From: Caldisericia bacterium
GTDB taxonomy: Bacteria; Caldisericota; Caldisericia; JAAYUI01
Assembly: GCA_963674785.1 (NCBI GenBank)
Contig: OY771555.1
Coordinates: forward strand, 1,248,001 to 1,312,000
Direction of reading: 5' to 3'
DNA length: 64,000 bases
Part shown: in pieces, positions 1 through 9,887 of the stretch
Layout: each line of letters opens with the position of its first letter
Numbering within the stretch: position 1 is the first letter of the stretch
Program-made: the position numbers and the translations under genes
The notes under the pieces: model-generated
Seen by the model: only the letters and a program-made list of their open reading frames with translations
What the model was told of the DNA's origin: nothing
Database searches by the model: none

Positions 1-418
1 TAGCCATTCTTCCTGTAAGCACAAGCTCTGTTTCTGGATGCTTCGAGTGAATCATATTTAATACTTTTTCTAATTCTATTAAACCAAAACCAAGTGCAAC
101 ATTGATTTCATCGGCGATAATGATATCCCATTTTCCAGATGATGCTGAATTAGAAACATCTTCTAGGGCTTTTTCTGCCTCTTCTATATCGATCCTGAGT
201 GGATTTTTTATATCAACAAAGTCGGGTCTACCATATTGGGTGACATGCACGCCAAGTTTTTTTAGAGACTTGAGTTCACCGTAGGAAACAGAACCTTTCA
301 TGAACTGAATTATCTTGACCTTCATGTTATGCCCGGCTGCCCTTAAAGCCAGACCCAACGAAGCGGTTGTTTTACCTTTGCCGTTTCCTGTGTAAACCTG
401 AACTTTTCCTAAATTCAT
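1..418 (-). CDS. cobO: cob(I)alamin/cob(I)yrinic acid a,c-diamide adenosyltransferase (CobO/BtuR family), 3' end runs off the window
   Basis: Not in the ORF track. Manual translation from ATG 418 gives MNLGKVQVYTGNGKGKTTASLGLALRAAGHNMKVKIIQFMKG...DIIIADEINVALGFGLI...ELVLTGR, which carries the CobO signatures GNGKGKTTA, IQFMKG, DEI and LVLTGR. Confidence 0.93.
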   Translation of the reverse strand, partial: MNLGKVQVYTGNGKGKTTASLGLALRAAGHNMKVKIIQFMKGSVSYGELKSLKKLGVHVTQYGRPDFVDIKNPLRIDIEEAEKALEDVSNSASSGKWDIIIADEINVALGFGLIELEKVLNMIHSKHPETELVLTGRMA

Positions 419-423
419 TGCGG

Positions 424-454
424 ATTATATTAGGTGATGTAGTACGTATGTCAA
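424..454 (-). promoter_or_regulatory. sigma70-type promoter, probably giving a leaderless cobO mRNA
   Basis: TTGACA (454-449) then TAATAT/TATAAT (432-424), ending 5-8 nt before the ATG; no SD. Confidence 0.6.
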
Positions 455-485
455 CTGACTTGATTAACATTTATAATTTATTACA

Positions 486-911
486 TTGAATTTCGTGGAG
501 AAACGCAAAAGAAAAAACAGAAAGCGATTAGTCGCTCGTGTGTTGCTCTTTCTTTTGTTTATGGTCATTTTTTATTTTTTAGTTAGACCATTTGCAAAGA
601 TCGATTTTCAGCTTGCCAATTTGAAACTTGAATCGGTACAACTTGACAATCAGATCGCAAAACTCCAAGAAGATTTGAGTTATGAAAAATCAAAGCTCTC
701 TGAGTTTTACTCGGGACATGGGATTTCAAGTATTGCGAGGGAAAGATTCAGAATGGTTTATCCTGGGGAAACTCTGTATATGTGTGTTAATACTGAAGGT
801 AGAGGGACATACCAAATACACGAACCCGAATACAGGAAGCTTTCAAAAGATTTTAAGAAGAAAAGTCCTATTGCTACCGCGTGGGATATGTTCCTGTCTC
901 TTTTCAGATAA
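486..911 (+). CDS. ftsB: septum formation initiator family protein (FtsB/DivIC-like)
   Basis: Basic N-terminus, one TM helix, leucine-zipper coiled coil, then IARERFRMVYPGE, matching the FtsB/DivIC ARxxLgmvxPGE motif. TTG start is uncertain. Confidence 0.75.
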   Translation: MNFVEKRKRKNRKRLVARVLLFLLFMVIFYFLVRPFAKIDFQLANLKLESVQLDNQIAKLQEDLSYEKSKLSEFYSGHGISSIARERFRMVYPGETLYMCVNTEGRGTYQIHEPEYRKLSKDFKKKSPIATAWDMFLSLFR

Positions 912-917
912 TATCCC

Positions 918-946
918 TTGACCATCGTTATTTTTTTATGTAGAGT
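918..946 (+). promoter_or_regulatory. sigma70-type promoter of tRNA-Met
   Basis: TTGACC-17 nt-TAGAGT, ending 14 nt upstream of the tRNA. Confidence 0.55.
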
Positions 947-960
947 CATAGTTCTTTCAT

Positions 961-1036
961 GGCGGGGTAGCTCAGTGGTTAGAGCACACGGCTCATACCC
1001 GTGGCGTCGTGGGTTCGAATCCCACCCCCGCCACCA
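961..1036 (+). tRNA. tRNA-Met (CAT), elongator type
   Basis: 76-nt cloverleaf: GGCGGGG/CCCCGCC acceptor stem with G1-C72 paired, anticodon arm CACGG-CTCATAC-CCGTG, GTTCGAAT T-loop, encoded CCA. Lacks the three G-C pairs of initiator tRNA. Confidence 0.95.
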
Positions 1037-1192
1037 ATTATTTCCCATAGGTTAAATGAAAATTTTTTCTGTAGGTTTTTTCGGTATCTTTAGCGTTTTT
1101 TATTTGTAAAAATTGTTACCAGATGGTGGGTTGCGTTTCTGGACTTTTTTTATATAATATTACTAAAATTTAGCAAAGGAGATGATGTAAAA

Positions 1193-1570
1193 ATGGGCGA
1201 AACTTTAGGCGAATTTCTCAATTCCAAAAGACTTAGCAAAAAGATCACATTTGCTCAGCTTGCGCAGAAATGTAAGATGGCAACTCCTACGATCTGGAAG
1301 GTGATCAAAGATAAAGCTAGGCCAAAAGATTTGACACTTCAAGCACTATCTGAATCCCTTGATATTCCACTTTCTGAACTATTTTCAAAAAGAGACAACA
1401 CTCACTATCCTTCCAGCAAAAGAAGACCAGGCAGACCAAAAAAGATTAGTGATGAAGTTCCTGAGGTTGAAGAGATTACAAAAGAAAAATTAATCTCTTT
1501 TATTGAAGACACAAAACTATCTGATCAATCAATCGAAGCGTTATATTACATGGCTCAGGTGATCAGATAA
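1193..1570 (+). CDS. XRE-family helix-turn-helix regulator with an AT-hook motif
   Basis: N-terminal Cro/C1-type HTH (LGEFLNSKRLSKKITFAQLAQKC...LSESLDIPLSELF), then KRRPGRPKK. AAGGAG SD; TTGCGT-16-TATAAT upstream. Confidence 0.85.
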   Translation: MGETLGEFLNSKRLSKKITFAQLAQKCKMATPTIWKVIKDKARPKDLTLQALSESLDIPLSELFSKRDNTHYPSSKRRPGRPKKISDEVPEVEEITKEKLISFIEDTKLSDQSIEALYYMAQVIR

Positions 1571-1671
1571 TTCTAGACTAGTACTACCTTGATTATTTGA
1601 ATATTGTATAATCCGACCTTGGAAAAAGAGCGTGGTTTGAATTCCTCTGAAAACTGAGATATGTGGGAAAG

Positions 1672-1747
1672 TGGTGCCAAGAGACGGACTTGAACCGCCG
1701 ACACGAGGATTTTCAGTCCACTGCTCTACCAACTGAGCTATCTTGGC
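1672..1747 (-). tRNA. tRNA-Phe (GAA)
   Basis: Reverse complement GCCAAGATAGCTCAGTTGGTAGAGCAGTGGACTGAAAATCCTCGTGTCGGCGGTTCAAGTCCGTCTCTTGGCACCA, a 76-nt cloverleaf with CCA. Confidence 0.96.
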
Positions 1748-1834
1748 ACGTAAGGGATAGGTTATCTAATCGTATGTTATCTGTCAAGTAAAGAAAACTT
1801 CCCATGCTTTTTTTGTAAAAAGTTAACAGATTAC

Positions 1835-3739
1835 CTATTCTCCTATCCATCCTTCGGGTCGATATAGATTGGGATAAAATATATCGATGCTTCTTTTTTC
1901 TCCGTTCCATTTAACTTCTGAATCGAAGGCTTCAGATACAAATCTCAAAGGAACAAGAGTCCTTCCGTCTTTTATTGTTGCAGGTGGTTCGATTTCAACT
2001 TCGTTATCATCTATGGACGCAGTACTTTTTCCTATTGGTATTCTGATTGTCTTCCTACCTTTTTTAAAAATAGCTGTTTTTGTCTCGGCTTCATAGCTTA
2101 CATCAGCATTAAGTGCCTCCCCTAAAAATCTAAACGGCACAACAGTTCTTCCGGATATTATAGTCGGTTCGACATCCAGACTCGTTGATTCACCGTTTAC
2201 GGTGGCTGACTTTGAACCAATTGTCATGGAAATCCAGATCGGTGATGGAAGTGGATTTATACTGACTTTTCTAGGAACACCTTCTCCAGATTTGTATATT
2301 GGAACGACTGAATAGCTGAATTCTGATTCAGAAAAAATACCCTCATCTTTAAAGTCTGTTTCAGTTGATGATAACTCAATATATTCAAAATCATCGTAAA
2401 TTTTGCCACCGTATTGCTCAGTTTTCCTGATAACGTATTTCAACAGTTTCTCATGGTTATATGTTGGGGGATTCCATTTGAGATAGATTCCATTGATTTC
2501 AGGTGTAGCGATAAGGCTTCTAACGAATTTCGTCTGGGTGCTTGATTTAGGAACAATAACATTTACTGGGACTTTGCCGATAAAGATTCCACCAATGTCT
2601 GTCAGCATAACGTTTGTTTGATAGGTTCCTGCAATTAGGTTGTCAGCAATTTTAACCTCAATTTCGATCAACCCACCTACTCCAATTGAGATATCATTTT
2701 CAGACAAGTCGATCCAATCAGCATCACAACTTAACAATCCTTCAAAAACGATGTTTCCGTCATTTTTTATCTTCAGTTTTTTTGTCTCACCAAATGGGTA
2801 TAGTCTTGAACCAAAGTCTAAGGTCTTGGGGTCAAAGTGAATAATTGCCTTATCTAGTTTTTCTTTTGGTTTTCCGGTAACGATATTTGAAATTTCACCT
2901 TCAGAACCATTTTCGCAGATAACTGTTATATAATATTTGTAGGTATTATTATTCATCGCATCAGGGTCAATGAATTCTACTTCAGTTGGAATCAAAGGTT
3001 CAGGATTTATCTTTATAAATTCTTCATCATTTTCTGTTCTATAAACGTTTATCCCCAGTATCTTCTCTTCAATTGGTTTCCAGGAAAGCTTTACCATGTT
3101 GTCCAAGTCGTATGACACCAGGTGAGGTGGAGCGATATTGCATCTTTCAAGGATTTCTTCCCCCGTCAATGAATACACAAGACCAAACTCTGTTCTGTCT
3201 TCGGTTTCTGGAACCTCGGGGCACATTGTGTGTACAAAAAATCTTATTCCCTCAGGGTTGTTTAAGTCTTCGAGTTTCACAGAAAGCTCTAGAATGTCAC
3301 CATCAGAAAAAAGCTCAATATCTGCAATTTTTTCATCTTCTTCGTCTTCTTTTAATTCAATCAGCTCTCCGAATGATTCTGCCTTGGAAGTAAGAATACT
3401 TATAAGATGATCTTCTCCACCGTAGTTGTCTGCAGTTTTTTTTATCCCGGTTTTTGCATCAAGATCCGAATCAATTACAATGTGTATCAGTCCGAAATCT
3501 TCTGGGTTTAGTAAATTGTGAATAACAAGGGTTTTAAAATAGAGTTTTTCATCATCGTGAGCACAAAAAACCTTTATGATGTCTAGACAAGCTTCGTCCA
3601 TTCCATCATCCACAATCTCTACGTATTCTATGTTTTCTTTCGCTTGAGCAATGTTATTTGCAGAGATTCTGCTGCCAACTGATGCAAGAAGAATCATACC
3701 TGCCAAAAAAATCGAAAGTATTTTGTTTAGTCTGTTCAT
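1835..3739 (-). CDS. secreted surface protein with FN3 and BACON/Ig-like domains and a C-terminal copper-amine-oxidase-N (stalk) domain
   Basis: Signal peptide after ATG 3739 (GGAGG SD). FN3 motifs (LSWKP..GINVYR; LKWNPP). C-terminal PTIISGRTVVPFRFLGEAL and PATIKDGRTLVPLRFVSEAF repeats. Confidence 0.85.
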   Translation of the reverse strand: MNRLNKILSIFLAGMILLASVGSRISANNIAQAKENIEYVEIVDDGMDEACLDIIKVFCAHDDEKLYFKTLVIHNLLNPEDFGLIHIVIDSDLDAKTGIKKTADNYGGEDHLISILTSKAESFGELIELKEDEEDEKIADIELFSDGDILELSVKLEDLNNPEGIRFFVHTMCPEVPETEDRTEFGLVYSLTGEEILERCNIAPPHLVSYDLDNMVKLSWKPIEEKILGINVYRTENDEEFIKINPEPLIPTEVEFIDPDAMNNNTYKYYITVICENGSEGEISNIVTGKPKEKLDKAIIHFDPKTLDFGSRLYPFGETKKLKIKNDGNIVFEGLLSCDADWIDLSENDISIGVGGLIEIEVKIADNLIAGTYQTNVMLTDIGGIFIGKVPVNVIVPKSSTQTKFVRSLIATPEINGIYLKWNPPTYNHEKLLKYVIRKTEQYGGKIYDDFEYIELSSTETDFKDEGIFSESEFSYSVVPIYKSGEGVPRKVSINPLPSPIWISMTIGSKSATVNGESTSLDVEPTIISGRTVVPFRFLGEALNADVSYEAETKTAIFKKGRKTIRIPIGKSTASIDDNEVEIEPPATIKDGRTLVPLRFVSEAFDSEVKWNGEKRSIDIFYPNLYRPEGWIGE

Positions 3740-3869
3740 TTTTTCCTCCAGAACTAAGTATATTACAGACACAGTTTGTCAATCGTTCACAGGCTTATTT
3801 TTGAAACAAACCGCTGACTTTTTTTGATTTCTCATCGTAGTATTATCAAAAGAAAGGTTGGCAGATACA

Positions 3870-6567
3870 ATGAAAAAGATGGTTGCTTTGATAATAGTGG
3901 TGTGTCTTATGTTTCCGATTACTCAAATCTCAGCAGAGGTAAAAGCAGAGATTAAAAATCCAAGTTTTGAAAATGGGAAGAATTACTGGGATATTTTTGC
4001 CATCGGAAGAGAACCTTCAGAATTGGAAGTGAGTGAAATAGAATCTGTTGAGGGTGATAAATCAGCAAAGATCAACCCAGGAGAAAAGGGAGTAACTGGT
4101 ATCTCTCAAACACTGTCTGTTTCTGAAATGGGTAATGTCAATATCTCTGTGTGGACAAAAACATTGGGTGAGTCTTGGCTTGAGGTTGTTCAGTTAAAAA
4201 ACGACAAACCGGTTGGTGAGTATTTGTTTTTGCAATCACCACACGCGAGAAAAAATGGTGACTGGGAAAAAAATTAGTCTTGCTCTTGATGTTTTAGAGG
4301 TGACTGAGGAATTAGAAATTCATCTACTTTGCAAACAAGGTGTAACATATTTTGATAATGTAAGGTTATCACCTAATCTTGAAGAAAGCTCATCAATTTT
4401 TTCTGAAGTGATTGATCCCATCTCTTGCAAACTCGGGTACAAAACTTCATCTCTCGTTCGTGTGTCATGTTGAACCAAATAGGCAGTATAATCATGAGAA
4501 TTACACAAATGACAGACTCAAAGGGCTTGATGATTTTATATCGATGCTAGAGTCTTTTGGAGCGAAACTAACTCTTCAGGTTCAGCAACCATTTACAACA
4601 ACACTCAAGAAAATGGATCTGAATCCATTTACTGACCTTGAGTTTTCAGGTCATGAGGTTTGCACACATTACCATGAAGATACATATGCTCCGAATAACG
4701 CCCCGTATGATGTAAGAAAAAAAGCTCTGCAGGAATTGAAGGATGATGTCGATAGTTTTGGTATATCAAATCTTACTCTCTGCGGTGGATGGCAGCAGGC
4801 GGATATTGTCAAGATTGCTGGTGAAGTTGGATATAAGTATTTGGATAATTATAAATATGCTCCAACTCAGCAGGGTTCTGAGGCTGGATTATCAGTAAAT
4901 CCATATCGACCGGCAGAGAACAATATTGAAGAAGTTGATGAAAAATGGTAAATGCCTTTATCTGCCTGAAGGACCATGGGATATGGTCACAAAACCTGCC
5001 TCAATTAAGCATAACGCAACACCTGAAATGTTTGATGCTTTGACTGAGATGATAAATTCAGCACTACCAATGCTTGAGCTTGGAAGGGTCAACTGTGCAA
5101 ATGTCGTGATGCATTTGAATGATTTTGGACCGGGTAATGAAAAAAACCCTTGAGCTTTACAGAAAATATTTTGAAGAGATTTTATCTCCCTCTGCTGAAA
5201 CTGGGTTGATTGAGTTTGCAACAATTTCTGAGGTTGGCAGACTTTATGAAGAAACTGAAGAAAAGGGAATCTCGATGCTTCCTCAAATAATCACAGTTGT
5301 GAATGGGAATTATTTTGATGATGATACTGAGGCTGAGAAGGCTGTTTCAAATCTCAGGAAACAGATAGAAATTTGCGAAAAATGTTCAGTTGATACTGAA
5401 CATTATTTCACACCCTTTTCCTGGACTCAGACAAATGAGTTGGACGGAGGATACTATAGTTGGGTTTCATCGAAGGATGGAGTTGATATCCACTGTCATG
5501 GTGAGAACAGAAATCCCCCCGATCCTTCTCTAATTGGCAGAATGAACAATAATGATTGGGAACGAGACTATAACCTTGCTTTTGACTTTCAAACACATGT
5601 TGTTGAGATTGAAACAGGCAAAATAACTGATGACGAAGGTGGAGCAAAAACTGTTTTGGAAAGTTCGGGTATCGATGTAGTTTCATGTGGTAGAGCTGTA
5701 AAAGGTGCTATTTTGAAAGCAAACAAAGATATTGGTTTTAATGTCGGTGTTGGTTTTGGTGATAGCATGGGAGTACCTTCAAATAGATGTTTTATGATGG
5801 ATGTTCTTGGGAGACCTGATGATATTTTCATTCATCCTAATGATGAATTTCTGCCTTGGGTAAAGGGAAGATATGATCTGAAAAGTGAGGTTTTGGAAGA
5901 AATCAGAAAGCTTGATTATTTTGAGCCCAGGTATCTGATGTTCGTGATTCATGATTGGGACATGTTCAGATATGTTGATGAAACCAAAGCTTGGGAGCAT
6001 TACGAAGAGGTTCTCAGGTGGTTAACAGAAGATATTGGTTGTGAGGGTTCATCGATTGAAGAGATGTATGAACACGCCAATCATAGAGGAGTAGTCGAAC
6101 AAGAGTGGATTGATTACGCTGCAAATGAATTGATTGAAGACATAAAAAATGATGGAGAATTGAATAACTATTATGGCTCAGATGGTAAGGAAGTTACACT
6201 TTCTGAACTTTTTCAGGGATGTTTGCTGGATAGAGAATTTAAACCAAAAGATATTATTGGACCTACAGAGATTTTTGGTGATGAAAAAGAAATGGTTCTA
6301 TCAAAAAAGGAATTTGAGTCCTTGATTGAGAAGATGCAATCTGAAATAACTGACTGGCAGTCTATTCCCGAGTCATTTGCCATCAATAATAAAACAATTT
6401 CAGCAGGACAGATGCTTTATGTTTTATGCCAAAAAAAGACAGATGACGTTGATGGCATAATTGAGATTCCGCCAATATCCAATAATCCTGAGCAGGCATA
6501 TTCACTGAGATTTGATTTTGACAAACTCCAGCTTTGGACGCATAGACCTGCATATTATAGTTATTGA
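3870..6567 (+). pseudogene. frameshifted gene for a secreted protein: CBM4/9-like domain plus polysaccharide-deacetylase-like domains, about 897 aa if repaired
   Basis: Five overlapping ORFs (3858-4277, 4213-4473, 4412-4951, 4926-5153, 5119-6567), each shifted +1 from the last. Signal peptide, IKNPSFENG and YFDNVRL (CBM4/9-like), HVEP and GHEVCTHYHE (deacetylase-like). May be a sequencing artefact. Confidence 0.7.
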
Positions 6568-6613
6568 AAAATGAGTTATTCTTTGTAGACTCTCATTTGT
6601 TAGGGGGTAAGAC

Positions 6614-6871
6614 ATGGCAAAAATTAATCTATCAAGATTCATAAAAGGAGAAAAAGGTTTTTGGTTTGATCCAGATAAAGCATTTGCAGTTCGAACTATG
6701 AAGGGTTATAGAGCGATGTTTCTATATTCGACGATGTACATAAGCATAAATTTTAAAAAAAGTGATTTAAGAGTAGATGAATTTGTTGAGTATGTAACAT
6801 CTGGAAACGTAGATATTAGTAGTTTTGAGGATTCTATCCAGAGTGTGAAAGCTGGGCATACAATTTATTAG
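6614..6871 (+). CDS. hypothetical protein (85 aa)
   Basis: ATG with AGGGGG SD; fills the intergenic gap; no recognised motif. Confidence 0.65.
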   Translation: MAKINLSRFIKGEKGFWFDPDKAFAVRTMKGYRAMFLYSTMYISINFKKSDLRVDEFVEYVTSGNVDISSFEDSIQSVKAGHTIY

Positions 6872-6892
6872 GTGAGAAATCTCTCATCCAGA

Positions 6893-7735
6893 TTATGATT
6901 TGGATTTAGGCATCCTGTTTTCATTTCTTCCTGAATACCTCTCAAATTTGTTTTTCTCGATTGCTCCCAGTTTTATCCGCTTGAAAGCTGAGAGTGTGAT
7001 TAGAACAAATGAGAATATAAGAATGTAGCTCCCAAGGCTCTCAGCAAAAATGTTCATTCCCGATTTTCTGATAATTGCTGGTTTTATAAATATAAAACAA
7101 ACTTGGATTAGCACAATGTATGTTGCAGATGTTGCCATCCATAGTTCGATTCTTGATTTGAGATAGGATTTTATGAATTTGATGTGTAGCATGACTGTGT
7201 TTGTTAGAGGGAATAACAGGAATATCCCAAGGAAAACAAGTGCAAATATGGCGACTATAAAGTTATAGACCGGATTTGATGTAGTTTGATTTAAAGGTGG
7301 AGAGAATTTGAGGAAGTAAACCAGATACGCAATCGCAAAACTGATTACTGATAAAGCAATTATTGATCGAGTTTTTTTAGGAATTGATGTCTCGATATGA
7401 CTCTGAAAAAACAAAGCACAAAACCCTATTCCAACTGCGTAGATTATCATTGAGTAATCGTTGATATTGGGAGTTTTTGTGAGAATCATAATCATTGTGT
7501 TGATGAAAGAGAGAACGAAAATTGTCAGCAATGTGATCCAAAGACTCAGCCAGAAAATCTTGTCTTCATCAGAGCTTCCGCATCTCTTCCAAGCTACAAA
7601 AGTCATGATAATAGTCAAGAATAAAAGGCTCTCTCGAAGAATTAGTTTGGCATTGATGTTGCCTACAAAATGGAACAAAACCACAACAAACACAGATGCG
7701 ATAATTGAAACAAGTAGATATGTTGTTTTTGACAT
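6893..7735 (-). CDS. polytopic membrane protein of unknown function
   Basis: About 8 hydrophobic segments. Start placed at ATG 7735 behind a G-rich SD because the longer ORF start lies inside a terminator hairpin. Confidence 0.7.
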   Translation of the reverse strand: MSKTTYLLVSIIASVFVVVLFHFVGNINAKLILRESLLFLTIIMTFVAWKRCGSSDEDKIFWLSLWITLLTIFVLSFINTMIMILTKTPNINDYSMIIYAVGIGFCALFFQSHIETSIPKKTRSIIALSVISFAIAYLVYFLKFSPPLNQTTSNPVYNFIVAIFALVFLGIFLLFPLTNTVMLHIKFIKSYLKSRIELWMATSATYIVLIQVCFIFIKPAIIRKSGMNIFAESLGSYILIFSFVLITLSAFKRIKLGAIEKNKFERYSGRNENRMPKSKS

Positions 7736-7752
7736 ATTCCCCCCAATAAAAG

Positions 7753-7784
7753 AAAAAAGGGGTAGATTCAATATCTACCCCTTT
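7753..7784 (-). terminator. intrinsic terminator after the flotillin gene
   Basis: AAAGGGGTAGAT-loop-ATCTACCCCTTT hairpin followed by a U-tract on the minus strand. Confidence 0.8.
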
Positions 7785-7795
7785 AGAGACCAGGC

Positions 7796-9226
7796 TTACT
7801 TGGTTTCAGCCTTCTTTTCGTCAATCGTTTTTGGTTCTTCAAGATTCTTTTTTGCAACATAACCTTTCAAGAACTCTTCAAGGTCGATTCCTGTTGCTGC
7901 TTTCATCTGTTCCATAAACTTTACAAGTGCACCGGGTGCTGCATTCATGAGCCTGCTTACAGAACCACCATCTTTTCCACCTGCTCCATCGATTGCAACG
8001 ACCTTATCAAATTTGATCTGACCAAGAGCATCTGCTCCACGTGCTGCAACGTTTTTGTATGTATCAAGAATAAGGTTGAGTTTTGCAGCCTCACCATATT
8101 CGTTCCAAGCCTTGGCTTTAGCTTCAAGTCCAGCAGCCTCAGCAAGGGCAATCTTTTTGATACCTTCAGCCTCAGCTTCTTTAACACGGAGAATTCTTGC
8201 TGCTTCACCCTCAGCTCTCAAGATATGAGACTGTTTCTCAGCGTCTGCCGGGATGATGACTTCGGCTCTATATCTCTGTTCCTCAGCTTTTGCTTTTGCA
8301 GTTTCAACTGCTTCCCTTGCCTTTTGTTCTTGGGCAAGCACGTCCTGCTCAGCAACAACAACTTCTTTTCTTGCATTTGCCTCAGCAAGCGGACCTCTCT
8401 GGTCTGCAAATTTTTCGGCCGCAAGTGTTTCACCACGGAAGTTCTGTTTTGCAACATCACGCTCTTTCTGAGCTTCAGCAATGAGTTTCTCCTGATTCGC
8501 TTTGACAGATTCACCTTCCTGTCTCGCCGTTTCGGATTCGATCATCGCATCTCTTTGTGCGTGAGCCGTACCAATTGCTGCGTCTCTTTTTACCTGTGCA
8601 GTTCTTTTTTCACCAAGTGCTTCAAGATAACCCTTTTCATCACGAATGTCCTGAATGTTGATGATATCTATTATGACACCGATCTTTGAAAGCTCTTCAC
8701 CTGTTTGGTCAAGTGTTTTTTGGACAAACATATCACGTTCCTGGTAGAGCTGCTCAACTGTAAGAACACCAATGATATCTCTGAGCTGTCCTTCAAGGGT
8801 CTCCTTGATAACCTGCTTTATATGGTTTTTGTTCGACCCAAGGAATCTCTCAACCGCACGTGCAAGCATGTTTTCTTCAGAACTGATTTTTACATTTGCA
8901 ACTGCATCAATCGTGATTGGGACACCTTCTTTTGAGTAAGCATTAACAACTCTGACATCAGAGAGGTTCATAAGCTCAAGTGTAATTCTATCAATCTTTT
9001 CGATAATCGGAATCTTAAGGGTAGCTCCGCCAACTACAGCTCTCCATCCTCTCCTCACAACTCTTTGACCATGCTCATCCTTAACAATGGATTTATGTCT
9101 TCTACCGGTTAAAATAACCGCTTCGTTAGGTCCTGCTTTTATGTAGTTTGCTACAAACAGTGCGATTATTATGATAAACCCAATAATTGATGAGACTACA
9201 ACTATTCCAATCGTCATTCCTTCCAT
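7796..9226 (-). CDS. floT: flotillin (SPFH domain) protein
   Basis: N-terminal TM, AGPNEAVILTG, SPFH core (ETLEGQLRDIIG, NIQDIRDEKGYLEALG), and an AE/EA-rich flotillin coiled coil. Confidence 0.92.
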   Translation of the reverse strand: MEGMTIGIVVVSSIIGFIIIIALFVANYIKAGPNEAVILTGRRHKSIVKDEHGQRVVRRGWRAVVGGATLKIPIIEKIDRITLELMNLSDVRVVNAYSKEGVPITIDAVANVKISSEENMLARAVERFLGSNKNHIKQVIKETLEGQLRDIIGVLTVEQLYQERDMFVQKTLDQTGEELSKIGVIIDIINIQDIRDEKGYLEALGEKRTAQVKRDAAIGTAHAQRDAMIESETARQEGESVKANQEKLIAEAQKERDVAKQNFRGETLAAEKFADQRGPLAEANARKEVVVAEQDVLAQEQKAREAVETAKAKAEEQRYRAEVIIPADAEKQSHILRAEGEAARILRVKEAEAEGIKKIALAEAAGLEAKAKAWNEYGEAAKLNLILDTYKNVAARGADALGQIKFDKVVAIDGAGGKDGGSVSRLMNAAPGALVKFMEQMKAATGIDLEEFLKGYVAKKNLEEPKTIDEKKAETK

Positions 9227-9241
9227 CTTCTTTCCCCTTTC

Positions 9242-9826
9242 TTAATGCAAATCAATTTCTGCAGAAATTACCCTGGCAATATCTCCTGTAATTGATTTGA
9301 CAATAACCACTTCGTTCTTTTCGAACTCCTCACCTTCAAGGTATGATCTTGCGATCATATATGAGGTGAGTCCTGTTCCAATATCTGTTACCTTTATTTC
9401 TCCAACTTTTCCTGATTTAATGGCAATTGATACAGATGCTTTTCTGCCCTCAAGGGAGAGGTGATTGATCTGTGTGGATGCTTGCTGTTTGTATAGCAGT
9501 CTGAGAAGTAGATAGACAAGATAGTAAATTGCAAGACCACCGATGATTCCACAAATCCAGTGTGGGATAATCCAACCGTATGCGAGGGATAGAAATCCAC
9601 CAAGCCCAAAGCCGATGATAAATGCCATTATCAATCTCAGGCTTATTATTCCTGGGCCATCAGCGAAGTCGCCTATTTCCAAACCACCGTCAATATCGAC
9701 ATCGAAGTCCGCACCAATATCTGCATCAATGTCTGCCCCTGAATCAAGTCCGAGAAACAACATGAAAGCAAGCAAGACTGTTGGAACAACAACCATCAGC
9801 AAGTAAATAATCTGTAATGTTTCCAT
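9242..9826 (-). CDS. NfeD-like (YuaF/YqiJ-type) membrane protein
   Basis: TM helices, D/I/G-rich loop and C-terminal OB-fold (LEGRKASVSIAIK..VGEIKV). Sits immediately upstream of flotillin, the usual NfeD-flotillin pairing. Confidence 0.85.
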   Translation of the reverse strand: METLQIIYLLMVVVPTVLLAFMLFLGLDSGADIDADIGADFDVDIDGGLEIGDFADGPGIISLRLIMAFIIGFGLGGFLSLAYGWIIPHWICGIIGGLAIYYLVYLLLRLLYKQQASTQINHLSLEGRKASVSIAIKSGKVGEIKVTDIGTGLTSYMIARSYLEGEEFEKNEVVIVKSITGDIARVISAEIDLH

Positions 9827-9887
9827 CTTCCTCTCTCCTTTCTGGGGTAATTATAGTGTGCTGTGTGCTCTAGAGATACACATTAAC

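Noticed and set aside
758-1048. 96-aa minus-strand ORF, and similar ORFs at 1541-1732 and 1713-1910
   Set aside because: They overlap tRNA genes and are shadow ORFs.
961-1747. tRNA-anchored integrated element
   Set aside because: No duplicated tRNA 3' end and no integrase was found in the window.
4471-5153. Selenocysteine or stop-codon readthrough at TGA 4471 and 5151
   Set aside because: Protein-like sequence continues in a different frame, not in frame after the TGA.
7461-8935. Numerous antisense and alternate-frame ORFs over flotillin, the OFOR subunits, pspA and the large surface genes
   Set aside because: They are shadows of biased codon usage in well-supported genes, with no motifs or SDs.
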